From: an uncultured Phycisphaerales bacterium
GTDB taxonomy: Bacteria > Planctomycetota > Phycisphaerae > Tepidisphaerales > Tepidisphaeraceae
Length of the DNA: 64,000 nucleotides
Reading direction: 5' to 3'
NCBI GenBank assembly: GCA_963755915.1
Contig: CAVWLP010000002.1
Location: 1,888,001-1,952,000 of the forward strand
Under the pieces are notes generated by a model that made no database searches, was not told the origin of the DNA, and was given only the letters and a program-made list of their open reading frames with translations. A program made the position numbers and the translations under genes. Shown piece by piece: positions 13,075 through 23,476 of this stretch (position 1 is the first letter of the stretch; the number at the start of each line of letters is the position of its first letter).

Positions 13075-13730
13075 GCGTTTGCCCTCAGGGTTTTGGCGAT
13101 ATGTGAGAGTCTTCGCCACCCGGTGACGGCACTGCCGATGCAAATGATCGCCAGTGCTACATTCACCGGCTGCCAGGCCAGCCAACTAACCGGCAAAAGC
13201 GCGCACAGGGCGCACAGCACGGTTACCACAAACATCCGATGCTGTTTTCCCATTGGCCCGCCGAAATCCGAACCCGCCCCGGCTGATTTTCCCAGCACCC
13301 GCACATAGGCCGTCAGCACCGCCAGCAGCGCCGCCAGCCAACCGAGCCAGGGGATCGCCCCGGCGGCATATCCCAGGCCGATGAAAATCGCCGGATCGGA
13401 AATCCGGTCCGGGACTTCGTTATACAGTTCTCCAACCGCCGAGGCCTTTCCGCCCGCGATTGCGACCATTCCATCGAGCAGATTCGCCTGAAGCCGAAGC
13501 TGTGCCCCCAGCGCGCCGCAAATCCATAGCAGCCGAGCCCAGGGATTGGGCGTGACTCGCGTTAACGCCAGCGCCGCGCCCGCCACAATCGCGCACACGA
13601 CTCCTCCAACCGAAATCGCATTCGCCGATGCCCCTTTCTCTGCCAGTTTCCGCGCGAGATTCTGAAAAAAAGGCATCTCCCGCGCCTTGATCGGCCGCCG
13701 ATCGGTGACTTGATATCCGCTTTCGCCCAT
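13071..13730 (-). CDS. CDP-alcohol phosphatidyltransferase family protein (YnbA-like)
   Basis: NLLDGMVA...GELYNEVPDRISD signature and GPMGKQHR. Confidence 0.88.
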   Translation of the reverse strand: MGESGYQVTDRRPIKAREMPFFQNLARKLAEKGASANAISVGGVVCAIVAGAALALTRVTPNPWARLLWICGALGAQLRLQANLLDGMVAIAGGKASAVGELYNEVPDRISDPAIFIGLGYAAGAIPWLGWLAALLAVLTAYVRVLGKSAGAGSDFGGPMGKQHRMFVVTVLCALCALLPVSWLAWQPVNVALAIICIGSAVTGWRRLSHIAKTLRANA

Positions 13731-14078
13731 TCAGCGTCCCATCAGATACATCCCCATGACTAGGGCTGCCATTCCAAGAACATTTACCGCCTTGATCGGC
13801 GTTCCAAAGGCGAACCACGCGATGATGGCCGCCCAGATAAACGTGCTGGCGTAAATCGGGTAAAGGGCGGCCAACGATCCGCCGCGCTTGAACGCCGCCA
13901 CGAAAAGGACCATGACGGCCACATAACAAACCACTCCGCCCACGAGCGGCACGTTCAGGAGATATCCGGCCACCGAATTGCCGGCGCGATCGGCTCCGAT
14001 TTTATATAGGTATTGCCCAACCGCACCAAAAAGCGCCGCGGCGGCGAACAAGGCGATTGATGTGACAGGTGTTTTCAT
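13731..14078 (-). CDS. Small 4-TM DMT/EamA-like membrane protein
   Basis: Four hydrophobic helices with GQYLYKIG and GSLAALYP patterns. Confidence 0.65.
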   Translation of the reverse strand: MKTPVTSIALFAAAALFGAVGQYLYKIGADRAGNSVAGYLLNVPLVGGVVCYVAVMVLFVAAFKRGGSLAALYPIYASTFIWAAIIAWFAFGTPIKAVNVLGMAALVMGMYLMGR

Positions 14079-14098
14079 GGTATTGCCCGAAAATGGAA

Positions 14099-14126
14099 AT
14101 CGCCTGGGGGATGAAGCCCAGGCGAT
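14099..14126 (-). terminator. Hairpin downstream of tRNA-Glu
   Basis: ATCGCCTGGG/CCCAGGCGAT 10-bp stem. Confidence 0.55.
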
Positions 14127-14140
14127 ACCATGATACCACG

Positions 14141-14213
14141 TGACCCCGACGGGATTCGAACCCGTGTCGCGGCCTTGAAAGGGCCGTGTCCTAGGCCTCT
14201 AGACGACGGGGCC
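14141..14213 (-). tRNA. tRNA-Glu(TTC), CCA not encoded
   Basis: GGCCCCGTCGTCTAGAGGCCTAGGACACGGCC-CTTTCAA-GGCCGCGACACGGGTTCGAATCCCGTCGGGGTCA folds as a cloverleaf. Confidence 0.97.
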
Positions 14214-14337
14214 AAATTCTTGTCGAATCGAATTTCAACTGCCTAGGAGCGGGCACAATATGCAGATGTTGTTGGAAAGGTCAATTGAGCTCGCAACCAG
14301 GAGCTTAGTGGGGCATCCTGCCCCCGGCGTCCTGCCG

Positions 14338-14474
14338 ATGCGGAGTACCGCTCCTCGCCTCCGGCTGAAGAGATTGGGCCTCCGGCCCCACGGCCCCACG
14401 GCCCTCCGGGCCTATGCGGAGTACCGCTCCTCGCCTCCGGCTGCGGGGATTTGGCAATCGGCAATCGGCATTTC
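14338..14474. repeat. REP-like cluster: 30-bp direct repeat, small hairpins and GGCAATC heptamers
   Basis: ATGCGGAGTACCGCTCCTCGCCTCCGGCTG at 14338-14367 and 14414-14443, then TTGGCAATCGGCAATCGGCATTTC. Confidence 0.85.
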
Positions 14475-14485
14475 ATAATCCCCCC

Positions 14486-15226
14486 ATGCTCCATTTCCAC
14501 AAATTCCGCCAGGAACTTTTTGCCCCTCAGCCCGCCAAGGACGTTTACATCAAGCGTCCTGCCGGCCGGGGCTGGCCGGAGGAATGCCCGCCGATCCGGG
14601 CCGCCAACGCTTTCGGCTTCGATATCCTCGCCAACTTCGACATCACCTTCATCCAGAAGCGCGGGAAGTGGAGCGTGCAGAAAGACATCGTCCTGCAAAG
14701 CGACTTCGATTACGCCACGGCAGAGGATTCCCCCGGCAAACCGCTCGCCCAGCAATACGCCTGGTTCTGGGAGAAAGGGCAGAAGCTTCCGCACGTGATC
14801 AGCGACAATGTCTACGCCCAGATCAGCAACCAGGTGAAGGTCAGCTCATTTCTCTTTCTCAAGACCGATCCCAATGAGCTGCTGCTGATGACGGATTCGC
14901 CGAATCAATCGCGCCCGTTTCGGGCGATGTCGGCGATCATCGAAACCGACTGGTACCCCGCCAGCTATCCCTGGCACGTGGTGCTGGAACTGGACCGCCG
15001 GGAAAAGCGGATTCGTATACGCAAGGGAGAACCGATCTGCCGGATTATTCCGCTTAAGCGCGAAGCTTATTTTGCCGGCGAGATGTCGCAGAGCGATTTC
15101 GACGATTTTTTCTACCGCGGCCAGAAATGGCTCGCGACCCACGGCAAATTCGAGCATGAGGGCCGCATGGACATCACCCGCACCTACGTCCGCCAGCAGA
15201 TTCGGCCGAAGTTTGTGGTGATGTAA
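14486..15226 (+). CDS. Conserved hypothetical protein, DUF6065-like
   Basis: CPPIRAANAFGFDI, SAIIETDWY and KGEPICRIIP resemble DUF6065 motifs. The ORF-track start at 14414 lies in repeat DNA. Confidence 0.6.
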   Translation: MLHFHKFRQELFAPQPAKDVYIKRPAGRGWPEECPPIRAANAFGFDILANFDITFIQKRGKWSVQKDIVLQSDFDYATAEDSPGKPLAQQYAWFWEKGQKLPHVISDNVYAQISNQVKVSSFLFLKTDPNELLLMTDSPNQSRPFRAMSAIIETDWYPASYPWHVVLELDRREKRIRIRKGEPICRIIPLKREAYFAGEMSQSDFDDFFYRGQKWLATHGKFEHEGRMDITRTYVRQQIRPKFVVM

Positions 15227-15256
15227 CGGCCGGGCATCGACGACCGATTTCTAAAT

Positions 15257-16366
15257 CTATTCGTTATGCGATTCGATTACGGTAACCTTGGGCAAATTCT
15301 GGTCCGCGAGGTTTTGCGTAAGTGTGTTGATTAGCGGAACCACATCCTGAAGCTGTGAATCGATTCGATCGAAACTCGCGCGAAGCGATTCCTCCGATGG
15401 AAACCGCTGCATCTGATCCAAAACCCGGCTGAAGCGCTGGAGGCGGGCTCCCACCGCGTCCGACCGCGCGTGTAACTCGGCCAGATCGATGGAAAGAGAT
15501 AAAAGCTCCTGGTTCCACTGGCTCAGCAGGTCGGCGCCGGCGGCTTTCGCCGCCGCGTCCTGGCGCTCCAGCAGCGCTGCCTTTGCCTGGGCCAAATCGG
15601 CGGTGGCTTCATCGAGCTGCTGGGGTGTCGCCGTGCCCTGGCTCATCAGGGATTTGATCCGATCCATTTCCTTTTGCCGTGCATCGACGACGTCCTGCAA
15701 CTGCTGGGCGATGGGATCAGCCTGGATCTTGGCGGAGATTTGCAAGTTCAATCTTGCCATGGCATCGGTGAGTGCGCCCCGGCGCGCCGTTTTACCGGCG
15801 ATGTCGAGCTGAGCGGTCTCGTCCTCGGAATCGAGCGCTCGACCCAGCGTGCGAATCCCGTCTTCCGATGAATCCGCTAAATTACCTGCTGAACCGCGTA
15901 TCTCGTTCAGTTCCGCCAACTTGTCCGCGACTTCCCCCCGTAAATCAAGCAGATGCCGATCCGTCGCCCTGGCCTGGCTCAACTGGTTTCGCCAGTCTTC
16001 GCGCATGGCTTCGGTCTGATCCGCCAGTTTCTGATCGATTGTCTGGACATACTGATCCGCTTCCGCAGGCGCATCCTGGAAAAAAGAACCCGGACCAACC
16101 ATCAGCGGAGGGCGCTCTTCGACGGTTACTCTGACGACCACCCCATTGGGCACGGCCTTTTGCTTAACATCAACGGTGCCGTAGGGAACGCCGCCAATTC
16201 GGCCAAAATTGAACGACACGACTGCGTCCGCATACTCCGGCGGAGAATAAATGTGCAAGACGCGGATGGCTTTGACAAAGGGCGTCGGTTTCGTGGTGGG
16301 AGAATCGCCCATTGCAGCGGCCGCGCTAAGCCAAATTCCCAGTGCGATTATTTTTGCGATTTTCAT
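15257..16366 (-). CDS. Secreted coiled-coil hypothetical protein
   Basis: Signal peptide MKIAKIIALGIWLSAAAAMG and a long Ala/Gln/Leu-rich helical region. Start overlaps the upstream stop by 4 nt. Confidence 0.7.
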   Translation of the reverse strand: MKIAKIIALGIWLSAAAAMGDSPTTKPTPFVKAIRVLHIYSPPEYADAVVSFNFGRIGGVPYGTVDVKQKAVPNGVVVRVTVEERPPLMVGPGSFFQDAPAEADQYVQTIDQKLADQTEAMREDWRNQLSQARATDRHLLDLRGEVADKLAELNEIRGSAGNLADSSEDGIRTLGRALDSEDETAQLDIAGKTARRGALTDAMARLNLQISAKIQADPIAQQLQDVVDARQKEMDRIKSLMSQGTATPQQLDEATADLAQAKAALLERQDAAAKAAGADLLSQWNQELLSLSIDLAELHARSDAVGARLQRFSRVLDQMQRFPSEESLRASFDRIDSQLQDVVPLINTLTQNLADQNLPKVTVIESHNE

Positions 16367-16901
16367 GATTCGTTTCCTTTGTGTTCGATGGTTCCGATGT
16401 GCGCCTGGGCAATCGCGGCCGCCGGTGAGTGCGGAAACTTTTTGATCGCGGCCTCATAGTCGCCCAAAGCCGCCGCCCGATCGTGAAAGCGCGCGTTCAT
16501 CACATCGCCGCTGTGGACCAGAATGAGCGCGGCCCGATTTGTCTGCTGGGAAAGGTTCCAGAGGTATTCATCCGCCGCCATCGTGCTGGCCGGCTGCGAT
16601 TCCCGCTCGTGCTTTTCAAGCAAATCCGCGATCATCTGGTGCAATTTCGCATCCGCTTCGATTGCGCGAATATCTTCGATAGGGGCGCGGAGATGACTGC
16701 GAGCGTGGGGTGTGGCCTGCTTTGCATAAGCGAAGTGGCGGTGAGCGCCAGTGTAATTACGGTCACTATCGCCGCGCCCGTCCGCAGCATGCGCCGGCGC
16801 CGATGCACCCGGCGAACGCGCCCGGCCATATCCGCGGCAACGCCCGGCGCTTCCGACATCGCGTCCGTCCTTCTGAGGATTTCCGCCAGCGGATCATTCA
16901 T
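16363..16901 (-). CDS. Putative anti-sigma factor (one TM, TPR-like tail), frameshift near 16682
   Basis: RRRRMLR then a TM helix directly after the ECF sigma gene. One extra C in the minus-strand C-run joins it to ORF 16363-16644 (YEAAIKKFPHSPAAAIA). Confidence 0.6.
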
Positions 16902-17403
16902 GGAGCACCTTCCGCAACTTCTCCCTCGCTCGGTGCAGTCGCACGTCGATCGCCCCGGCCGATGTTTTCGTCCGCCGGCTTATCTCGGCTACCGTCCACT
17001 CTTCCAGGTAGTACAGCACGACAACTTCTCGATCCCGATCCGGAAGAGCGGCAACCGCATCCCGGACTTTCTGAACCGTCTCATCCCGCTCCATCGCGAG
17101 ATTCAGCCCGGCCGAACCGTCGGCCTTGGCGCGCGTGAGCCATCTGAATTCCAGCAATCTCCTCCGCCGATGCGACCGGCAGCGATTGATGGCGATGGCG
17201 GCCAGCCAGGTCCACTCAGACGACTCGCCGCGGAACTGATCGAATCGGCGCAGCGCCATGAGAAAGACGTCCTGCACGATATCGTCCACCTCGCCGCGCC
17301 AGCCGAGCAGTCGGTAGACGAGCCGGGCCACGCGCTGCTGATGCCGGGCGACGAAACGGTCGAACGGATCTTCCGCCCTTGGCGCGGATTGCCTCGCTTC
17401 CAT
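16894..17403 (-). CDS. ECF-family RNA polymerase sigma factor
   Basis: DDIVQDVF, WTWLAAIAINRC (region 2) and LPDRDREVVVLYYLEEWTVAEIS...VRLHRAREKL (region 4). Confidence 0.92.
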   Translation of the reverse strand: MEARQSAPRAEDPFDRFVARHQQRVARLVYRLLGWRGEVDDIVQDVFLMALRRFDQFRGESSEWTWLAAIAINRCRSHRRRRLLEFRWLTRAKADGSAGLNLAMERDETVQKVRDAVAALPDRDREVVVLYYLEEWTVAEISRRTKTSAGAIDVRLHRAREKLRKVLHE

Positions 17404-17487
17404 TGCCGCGGATGAGCCGGATGGCAGCCAGTGCACGGGTCTTTGCTGGATTAGACGCGCCACGGAGTCGAACCTTACATGAATGGA

Positions 17488-17772
17488 TTATTTATGCCCC
17501 TTCGGCCGCTTTTTCCCTAGATATTTCCGGCCGATCGCGGCTGAAAGATCCACGTCATTGATATTCGCCAGGGTGCAGAGCCACGCGATCACATCCGCGA
17601 ATTCCTCCTCCAGGTTCGCGCGATCGTCGCCGTTCAGCGCCGTCGCCAGTTCGCCGATTTCCTCGATGAGCCAGAGAAACGTCTTGGGCGTTCCGCGCTT
17701 GCGATCGACTTTTTCGTATTTGTCGGAGATCTGTTTTTGGAATTGGGAGATGGTGAGCTTGCTGAAGTCCAT
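17488..17772 (-). CDS. MazG-like nucleotide pyrophosphohydrolase (single domain)
   Basis: WLIEEIGEL...EEEFADVIAW (EEXXE/EXXD) motif. Confidence 0.88.
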   Translation of the reverse strand: MDFSKLTISQFQKQISDKYEKVDRKRGTPKTFLWLIEEIGELATALNGDDRANLEEEFADVIAWLCTLANINDVDLSAAIGRKYLGKKRPKGHK

Positions 17773-17795
17773 CCCCGCATGATAACCGCCGCAAA

Positions 17796-20415
17796 TCAAT
17801 TCGGCTGCGTGGCAGCCGCCGCGTCCATCTTCGGCGCCAGTCGGCTAGCTCGCCAATGACCCGCTTCTCGCGGGCTACGCCATCGGCGTCCCCAAGCTTC
17901 TCGTCAACTTCCTCCAGGATCTTGTGCGCGTCCGGATCATAAAGATCCGTATACATCGCCCGCCGCGCCCAGGGCAGCGCTTCCTGGGGCTTGCCGCAAT
18001 TGAGGTATGCCCGCGCCGCGGCTTTCCCATAAACATTGCTCTGAATCTCCACCGCCGCCAGAATCGCCAGTTGGTCCGCCGACTTTTCGGGCTCGTTGCA
18101 CACTTTATACAACCCTGCCAGGCGCTTATGCGGCAGCAGGTCCATCGGCCGCAGCCGCTCGATTTCCTCCCACACCGGCAGCGCCTGCGGATACTGGTCC
18201 TGTTTGATCAACGCCTCCCCCTCGTCCTTCAGCATCTCGCATTTCTCCGTCGTCTTCTGGTCATATCCCCACCCCGCGATCTGCGATTCGCACCAGGCCT
18301 GAAATTCATCCGAGAACTGGGCTTCACTTTCATGCAGGACGTTCTGGAAAACTTCATCCTCGGTGTGCCCGAGCCGATATTCGTTCATCATCCCCAGGAT
18401 CGCCTGGTGGCCGTAGGTCTGCTCGATGAACTGGCAAATCCAGCTCGACTGGGCATAAGCCAATTGCCGATCGATCGGCTGCCTTGGCCTCACGAATGCC
18501 CACGTCAGCTCGTCGATCGCAAACAGATGGTGCTTGCTGACAGCGTCGTACAGCATCGGCACCCATTCCCACCGCAGCGGCGAGTGTTCCTGCTGCACCG
18601 CCAGGCCCTCTGTAAACCAGTGGGAAATGCGGTTGTCGGTCGCGCCCAGCGTTACGGTGTGCGTGAATTCATGCCGCGTCACCTGGCTGAAATTAAACGG
18701 CCCCGTCGTGCGCTCCCCAGCGCGCGGGCGCACAGCGCGATGATCCGCCCCGTGCTCGCCCCCACGGTCGGCAGCCATGGGCCGCCGGTGGTCCGAACCG
18801 CGAATTCATCCTGCGTCGGAAAAACCTCGATCAGCGTTTTCACTTTCGGCTCAAACTGATACGCCCGGCAAACCGCCGGATAAACGCTCTCCAGGTAATC
18901 GTTGAAATATTCGGGAACGATCGGGTCCTGCACCGGGTCATACATCACGATGAAATGGGCCGATTCCCGGCGGGCGAAGTTGTCCATGACGTCGAGCAGG
19001 CGAAGGTAATTCGTTGTGCTGTAGTTGAACGGATCGAGCATGTGCGCCGCGCCCAATACCCGACGGGCCGAAGCCTCATCGCCGCTTTGCGTGTAGAGCA
19101 ATCCGAGCCCGTTGCGGGCCGATGTCCACCACGGCGCCCGCGCGACGGCCACCTGGTACATCGCCTCCGCCCGCGGATATTGCCGCATGGTGGCGAGCTG
19201 CTCGGCCACCTCGAAATAGGCGACCGCGCTCTGCGGCGCGATCGCATCTGCCTGCTTCAGCACCGCCAGGCACTGGTCATCCTGCACAAGCATCGCATCG
19301 GCCGCTGCCAGGAGGCCGAGGGCTTCCAGGTTTTTCGGCTGATGAAACAGCGCATCCCGCAGCGGCGGCAGGGCCAGCTTCGGCATCTGCTGGGCCAAAA
19401 GGTTCCGGCCCTCCAGCACGTCCGCATCCACCGACTGCGGATTGACATCCCGAATCGCGCTCACCGCCTTGTCCACGCCGTCAAAATTGAACTGCCCAAG
19501 CTGCATGCGCCCAAAGAGCACCCAGCTCCCGACGTTGTGCGGGTTGGCGCTGAGCGCGGCCGTCAATTCGTCCGCGGCCGAGGGGGGATCATCATGCGAG
19601 AAAAACATTTCCGCGGCGGCAAGATGCGCCGGCCAATAGCCCTGGTCGATCTGGTCATACGCCCGCACGAAGATATTCAGCACCACGTCGTGCAACTGCT
19701 TTTCGCGCTGATAGGCCATCGTCAGCGTCGCCCACCGATCGATCGCACGGCCCATGAGGGTCACTTCTTCCGGATCGTCAAACGATTCCGGATGCTCGAT
19801 CCACTCCTGGAGGTAATTCCGCGGCCCATCGATGAACCAGTCATACTCCGCCGTCGCCCCGGCGACGTCCCCCAGCTTCTCGCGGTAATCCCCCAGATAA
19901 TAATGAATCGCGACGAGATCCGTGTCTCGGCGAAGCTGCCTCTGGAGGATGCCGATGGCCGCCATGTATGCCCCCTGCGCCGCCATCACCCGGGCGCGAA
20001 GAACCTGGATCGGTACGCTCTCCTGAAACTGCGGCGCGTCCAGGGTTCTGAGCGCATCGGCAAACCGCCCCAGCTCAAGCTGGCACTGGCCGCGAAGCAG
20101 CGCCACCTTTTCCGGCCTCTTGCTCTTGACCGATTCCAGCACGACCAGGGCCCGCCGATATTGCCCCGCCCAAAAAAGGTCCTGCGCCTGGGCCAGGGAA
20201 CTGCCCTGGTCGTAATCCGGAATGCTTAGCTGTTCGCCCTGCTCTGGAAGCAGCGGCTTGATCCATTTGCCGGGAATCGTCTGATCGTCGTAAGCCCCGG
20301 CAAAGACTGCCGGCGCCGCACCACAAAGAAGCAAAAGAAAAAGAGTTAACCGCCAGGGCGCCAAGATCGCCAAGAAATTCCGCCCGTAACTCGCAACTCG
20401 CAACGCGCAACTCAC
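17796..20415 (-). CDS. Secreted TPR-containing zinc metallopeptidase (peptidase MA-like); frameshifts near 18725 and 17835
   Basis: TPR-like helices, RHEFTH (HExxH), WFTEGLA and AYAQS. ORFs 18679-20415 and 17555-18778 join with one added base. The likely true C-terminus is ...AAAATQPN*. Confidence 0.75.
20346..20415. repeat. 9-mer (CGCCAAG-type) and 7-mer (AACTCGC) repeats inside the 5' end of the peptidase ORF
   Basis: TTAACCGCCAGGGCGCCAAGATCGCCAAGA and GTAACTCGCAACTCGCAACGCGCAACTCAC. Confidence 0.7.
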
Positions 20416-20441
20416 TTCCTGATATTATAAGTCACCAGACC

Positions 20442-21596
20442 ATGAACGCGATCAACGATTTCATCGGCAATCCCGAGCAGTTCCCGGTCCTGCGGCAATG
20501 GGCGTTTTTCAACCATGCCGGGGTGGCGCCGCTGCCGCGCGCGGCCGGCGACGCTTTGCGGGCCTTTGCAGACCAGGCCGAATCGGCCGCCTATCTCGAA
20601 TCGGGATGGTATCAGGACGTCGAAAAGCTGCGGCAGGAAACGGCCGCCTTCATCGGCTGCCATCGCGACGAAATCGCCTTCATTAAGAACACCAGCGAGG
20701 GGATTAACATCGTCGCCAAGGGAATCGATTGGCAGTTTGGCGACCGCATCATCACGACAAACGTCGAATACCCCGCCAACATCTACCCCTGGATGGCCCT
20801 CACCCGCGAGCGCGGGGTGAAGCTGGTGATGGTGGAGGAAGAAGCCGGTCCCGATGGTTCGCGATATGTCCCGGTTGAAAAAATCCTCCAGGCCGCCGCC
20901 GAACCGAAAACCCGGCTGGTCACCCTTTCCCACGTCGAATTCGCCAGCGGGCAGCGCCACGACCTGGCCCGCATCGGCCAATTCTGTGCCGAGCGCGACG
21001 TCCTCTTCTGCGTCGACGCGATCCAATCCCTCGGCGTTTTGCCGCTGGATGTCTCGAGCATGTTCATCGACTTCCTCTCCGCCGACGGGCACAAATGGCT
21101 CCTTGGCCCCGAGGGCGCGGGAATTTTCTATTGCCGGCGGGGACTCATCGAGCACACCCGCCCGATGATGATCGGGTGGATGAACGTCGTCGATGCCCAG
21201 AACTTCGGCAATTACGATTCGACCCTCCGCCCCGACGCCGGCCGATTCGAATGCGGCAGTTACAACGTCCCCGGCCTCATGTCGCTGCGCGCTTCGCTCC
21301 AACTGATCCAGTCGATCGGCATCCCCGCCATCTCCAACCGCGTGAAAGCACTGGGCGACCTGCTCATCGGCGGGCTAAAAGACAAGGGATACAAAATCAT
21401 CAGCCCCCGCCTGGGGGAATCGTGGAGCGGTATCGTCAGCTTCGCACATCCGACGCACAGCCATGAAAAGATATTTCAGGATTTGCGTGCGAAGCGGATC
21501 GAGATCGCGCTGAGGGTCAACCGCCTGCGCTGCTCGGCGCACTTCTATAATACCGAGGCGCAGATTCAGCAGCTTCTCGCGGCCCTGCCGGCGTGA
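20442..21596 (+). CDS. Class V PLP-dependent aminotransferase (cysteine desulfurase-like)
   Basis: FFNHAGVAP, KNTSEG, VDAIQSLG, ADGHKWLLGP (PLP lysine) and AHFYNT. Confidence 0.92.
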   Translation: MNAINDFIGNPEQFPVLRQWAFFNHAGVAPLPRAAGDALRAFADQAESAAYLESGWYQDVEKLRQETAAFIGCHRDEIAFIKNTSEGINIVAKGIDWQFGDRIITTNVEYPANIYPWMALTRERGVKLVMVEEEAGPDGSRYVPVEKILQAAAEPKTRLVTLSHVEFASGQRHDLARIGQFCAERDVLFCVDAIQSLGVLPLDVSSMFIDFLSADGHKWLLGPEGAGIFYCRRGLIEHTRPMMIGWMNVVDAQNFGNYDSTLRPDAGRFECGSYNVPGLMSLRASLQLIQSIGIPAISNRVKALGDLLIGGLKDKGYKIISPRLGESWSGIVSFAHPTHSHEKIFQDLRAKRIEIALRVNRLRCSAHFYNTEAQIQQLLAALPA

Positions 21597-21604
21597 TAGG
21601 CAAT

Positions 21605-22758
21605 TTATTCCGCCCGCGCGGGAATGGATCGGTGCTCAAGCTCAAAATCCGCCGACGGCATCTTCGCGTAAAACGCCTTGCTCCTGGGATTCAGGTATTC
21701 CGTCAATTCATCCCCGTCGAGCATCAGTTTTCCCGTGCTGGGATATTTGATCGCCACCGCGGCCGGCGCCTTGGGGGCGTCGATCCGCTGCGGGGAGCGA
21801 AAAATCCACACCCGGTCGGCCAGATTCTGCTTCAAAAAACTGTCGGCCAGCTTTCGCCCCGGTTCCACCAGCAGATGGACCAGCCCGCGCTTCCCGAGCT
21901 CATCCAGCAGATATTCCAGCGACAGCCCGCCATGCTCGTCGGCCGGGATCGGCAGGACTTCAACCTCGCGGGTGTTCAGCTCGGAGACCAGGTCCGCGTT
22001 CTGATTCATCGTCGCCTGCGAGCAGCAGATGACCGTGGGAATCTTCTTGGCAGTGCGAATGATCTGGCTGTCGAACCCGAGCCGAAGGCGCGAATCCAGC
22101 ACGATTCGCAGAGGGGTCGTACGCGGATTGGAGACGCGCGCCGTCAATAGCGGGTCGTCAGTCAGCGCCGTTCCGATGCCCACAAGAATCGCATCGCAGC
22201 GTGACCGAAGCTGATGCACCAGTTCCTGCGAGGCTTCGTTGCCGATCGCAACCCGCTTGCCGCCGGGCCCGGCGATCTTGCCATCCGCGCTGTGCGCCCA
22301 TTTCAGGATCACGTAGGGCCGGCGCTGTGTCCGGGCTTTGAAATAGGCGGCGTTGAGCTGCCTGGCCTCTTCATCCCGCAATCCTTCTTCAACGGTAATC
22401 CCCGCCTCACTGAGCATGTTCAGCCCCTTGCCGCAGACCAGGGGATTGGGATCAAGGCACGCCGCCACCACGCGCGAAACCTTCGCCGCGATCAGCGCCG
22501 TGCGCACGCCGGGGTCTTCTTATGTTCGTGCGGGCAGCAGGGTTCCAGCGTCACATACGCGGTCGCGCCGGCGGGATCGGCGCACGCCGCCAGGGCGTTG
22601 GCCTCCGCGTGCGGGCTGCCGAAACGCTGGTGATATCCCTCTGCGATGATCTGCCCATCGCGCACCAGCACGCACCCGACCATCGGGTTGGGCTCCACGT
22701 TTCCGCGGCCCCGCATGGCGATCTCAATCGCACGCATCATGGGATCAGATTCAGACAT
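21605..22758 (-). CDS. ribD: Bifunctional riboflavin deaminase/reductase RibD, frameshift near 22503
   Basis: EPNPMVGCVLV, HAEANAL, YVTLEPC..TPAC deaminase motifs, then KWAHSADGK and GIGTALTDDPLLTAR reductase motifs. Confidence 0.92.
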
Positions 22759-23266
22759 GGCCTTGCTGTCCCTCACTCTTGCGAACATGGTCCGAAATCA
22801 GGGTGTAAATCACCATCAGCGAAACACCCACACATAAAAAACTATCGGCCACATTGAACACCCATGGGAACAAATTCTGCCACGCGGGAAAGATATGAAT
22901 CATATCCCGCACATAACCCCTGGTGATTCTGTCATAAAGATTACCGACGACACCGGCCAGAAGCAGCCCCAGCAATATCTGGTATCCCCACCGATTTTTA
23001 CTCGCAGCAAAAAGATAAGTGAGAAAAATGATCGCCCCGAAGGAAACGATCACAAAGATCACCCGTCCACCCTGCCCCAGCCCGAAAACCGCCCCGTGAT
23101 TTCTCACCACGTCAAACTGGAGCCACCCCGGAATAACCTGATAAGGCTCCCCCGGCGTCAGGTTGGCAAACGCCAGCACCTTGGTCCAGAGGTCCAGGGT
23201 AACGCCGATTCCAGCGACAAGAAAAAACCGGCACAGCGCGGCGGGGGAGCGAAAGGGTTCTGGCAT
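22751..23266 (-). CDS. lspA: Lipoprotein signal peptidase II
   Basis: DLWTK, NHGAVFG, GNLYDR, VRDMI and FNVADS. Confidence 0.93.
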   Translation of the reverse strand: MPEPFRSPAALCRFFLVAGIGVTLDLWTKVLAFANLTPGEPYQVIPGWLQFDVVRNHGAVFGLGQGGRVIFVIVSFGAIIFLTYLFAASKNRWGYQILLGLLLAGVVGNLYDRITRGYVRDMIHIFPAWQNLFPWVFNVADSFLCVGVSLMVIYTLISDHVRKSEGQQGHV

Positions 23267-23294
23267 GCACGCGGATTCTAGGGAGAACTAGGGG

Positions 23295-23467
23295 AAAATT
23301 CGAATGACGAAACTCGAATGACGAATCAAACTCGAAATTCGAAACCGAAGAATTCGGACATTCGAATTTCGAATTTGATTCGTCGGAGCCGCGGACGGCT
23401 CCGGGCCGTAATCGGCGAGTACGCCCCGGAGGCGTCCGCACCTCCGAGTTTCGAATTTCGGATTTCC
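23295..23467. repeat. Heptamer-repeat palindrome (TCGAAAT/CGAATGA type) with a nested GC-rich hairpin insert at 23383-23447
   Basis: GACGAATCAAA...TTTGATTCGTC inverted core. The insert is bounded by TCGGAG/CTCCGA. Confidence 0.85.
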
Positions 23468-23476
23468 CCTTCGGGG

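Noticed and set aside
14338..14443. Two identical 30-bp repeats with a 46-bp spacer as a minimal CRISPR array
   Set aside because: Only two units, the spacer is itself made of hairpin and repeat sequence, and there are no cas genes or leader. It fits a REP-like cluster better.
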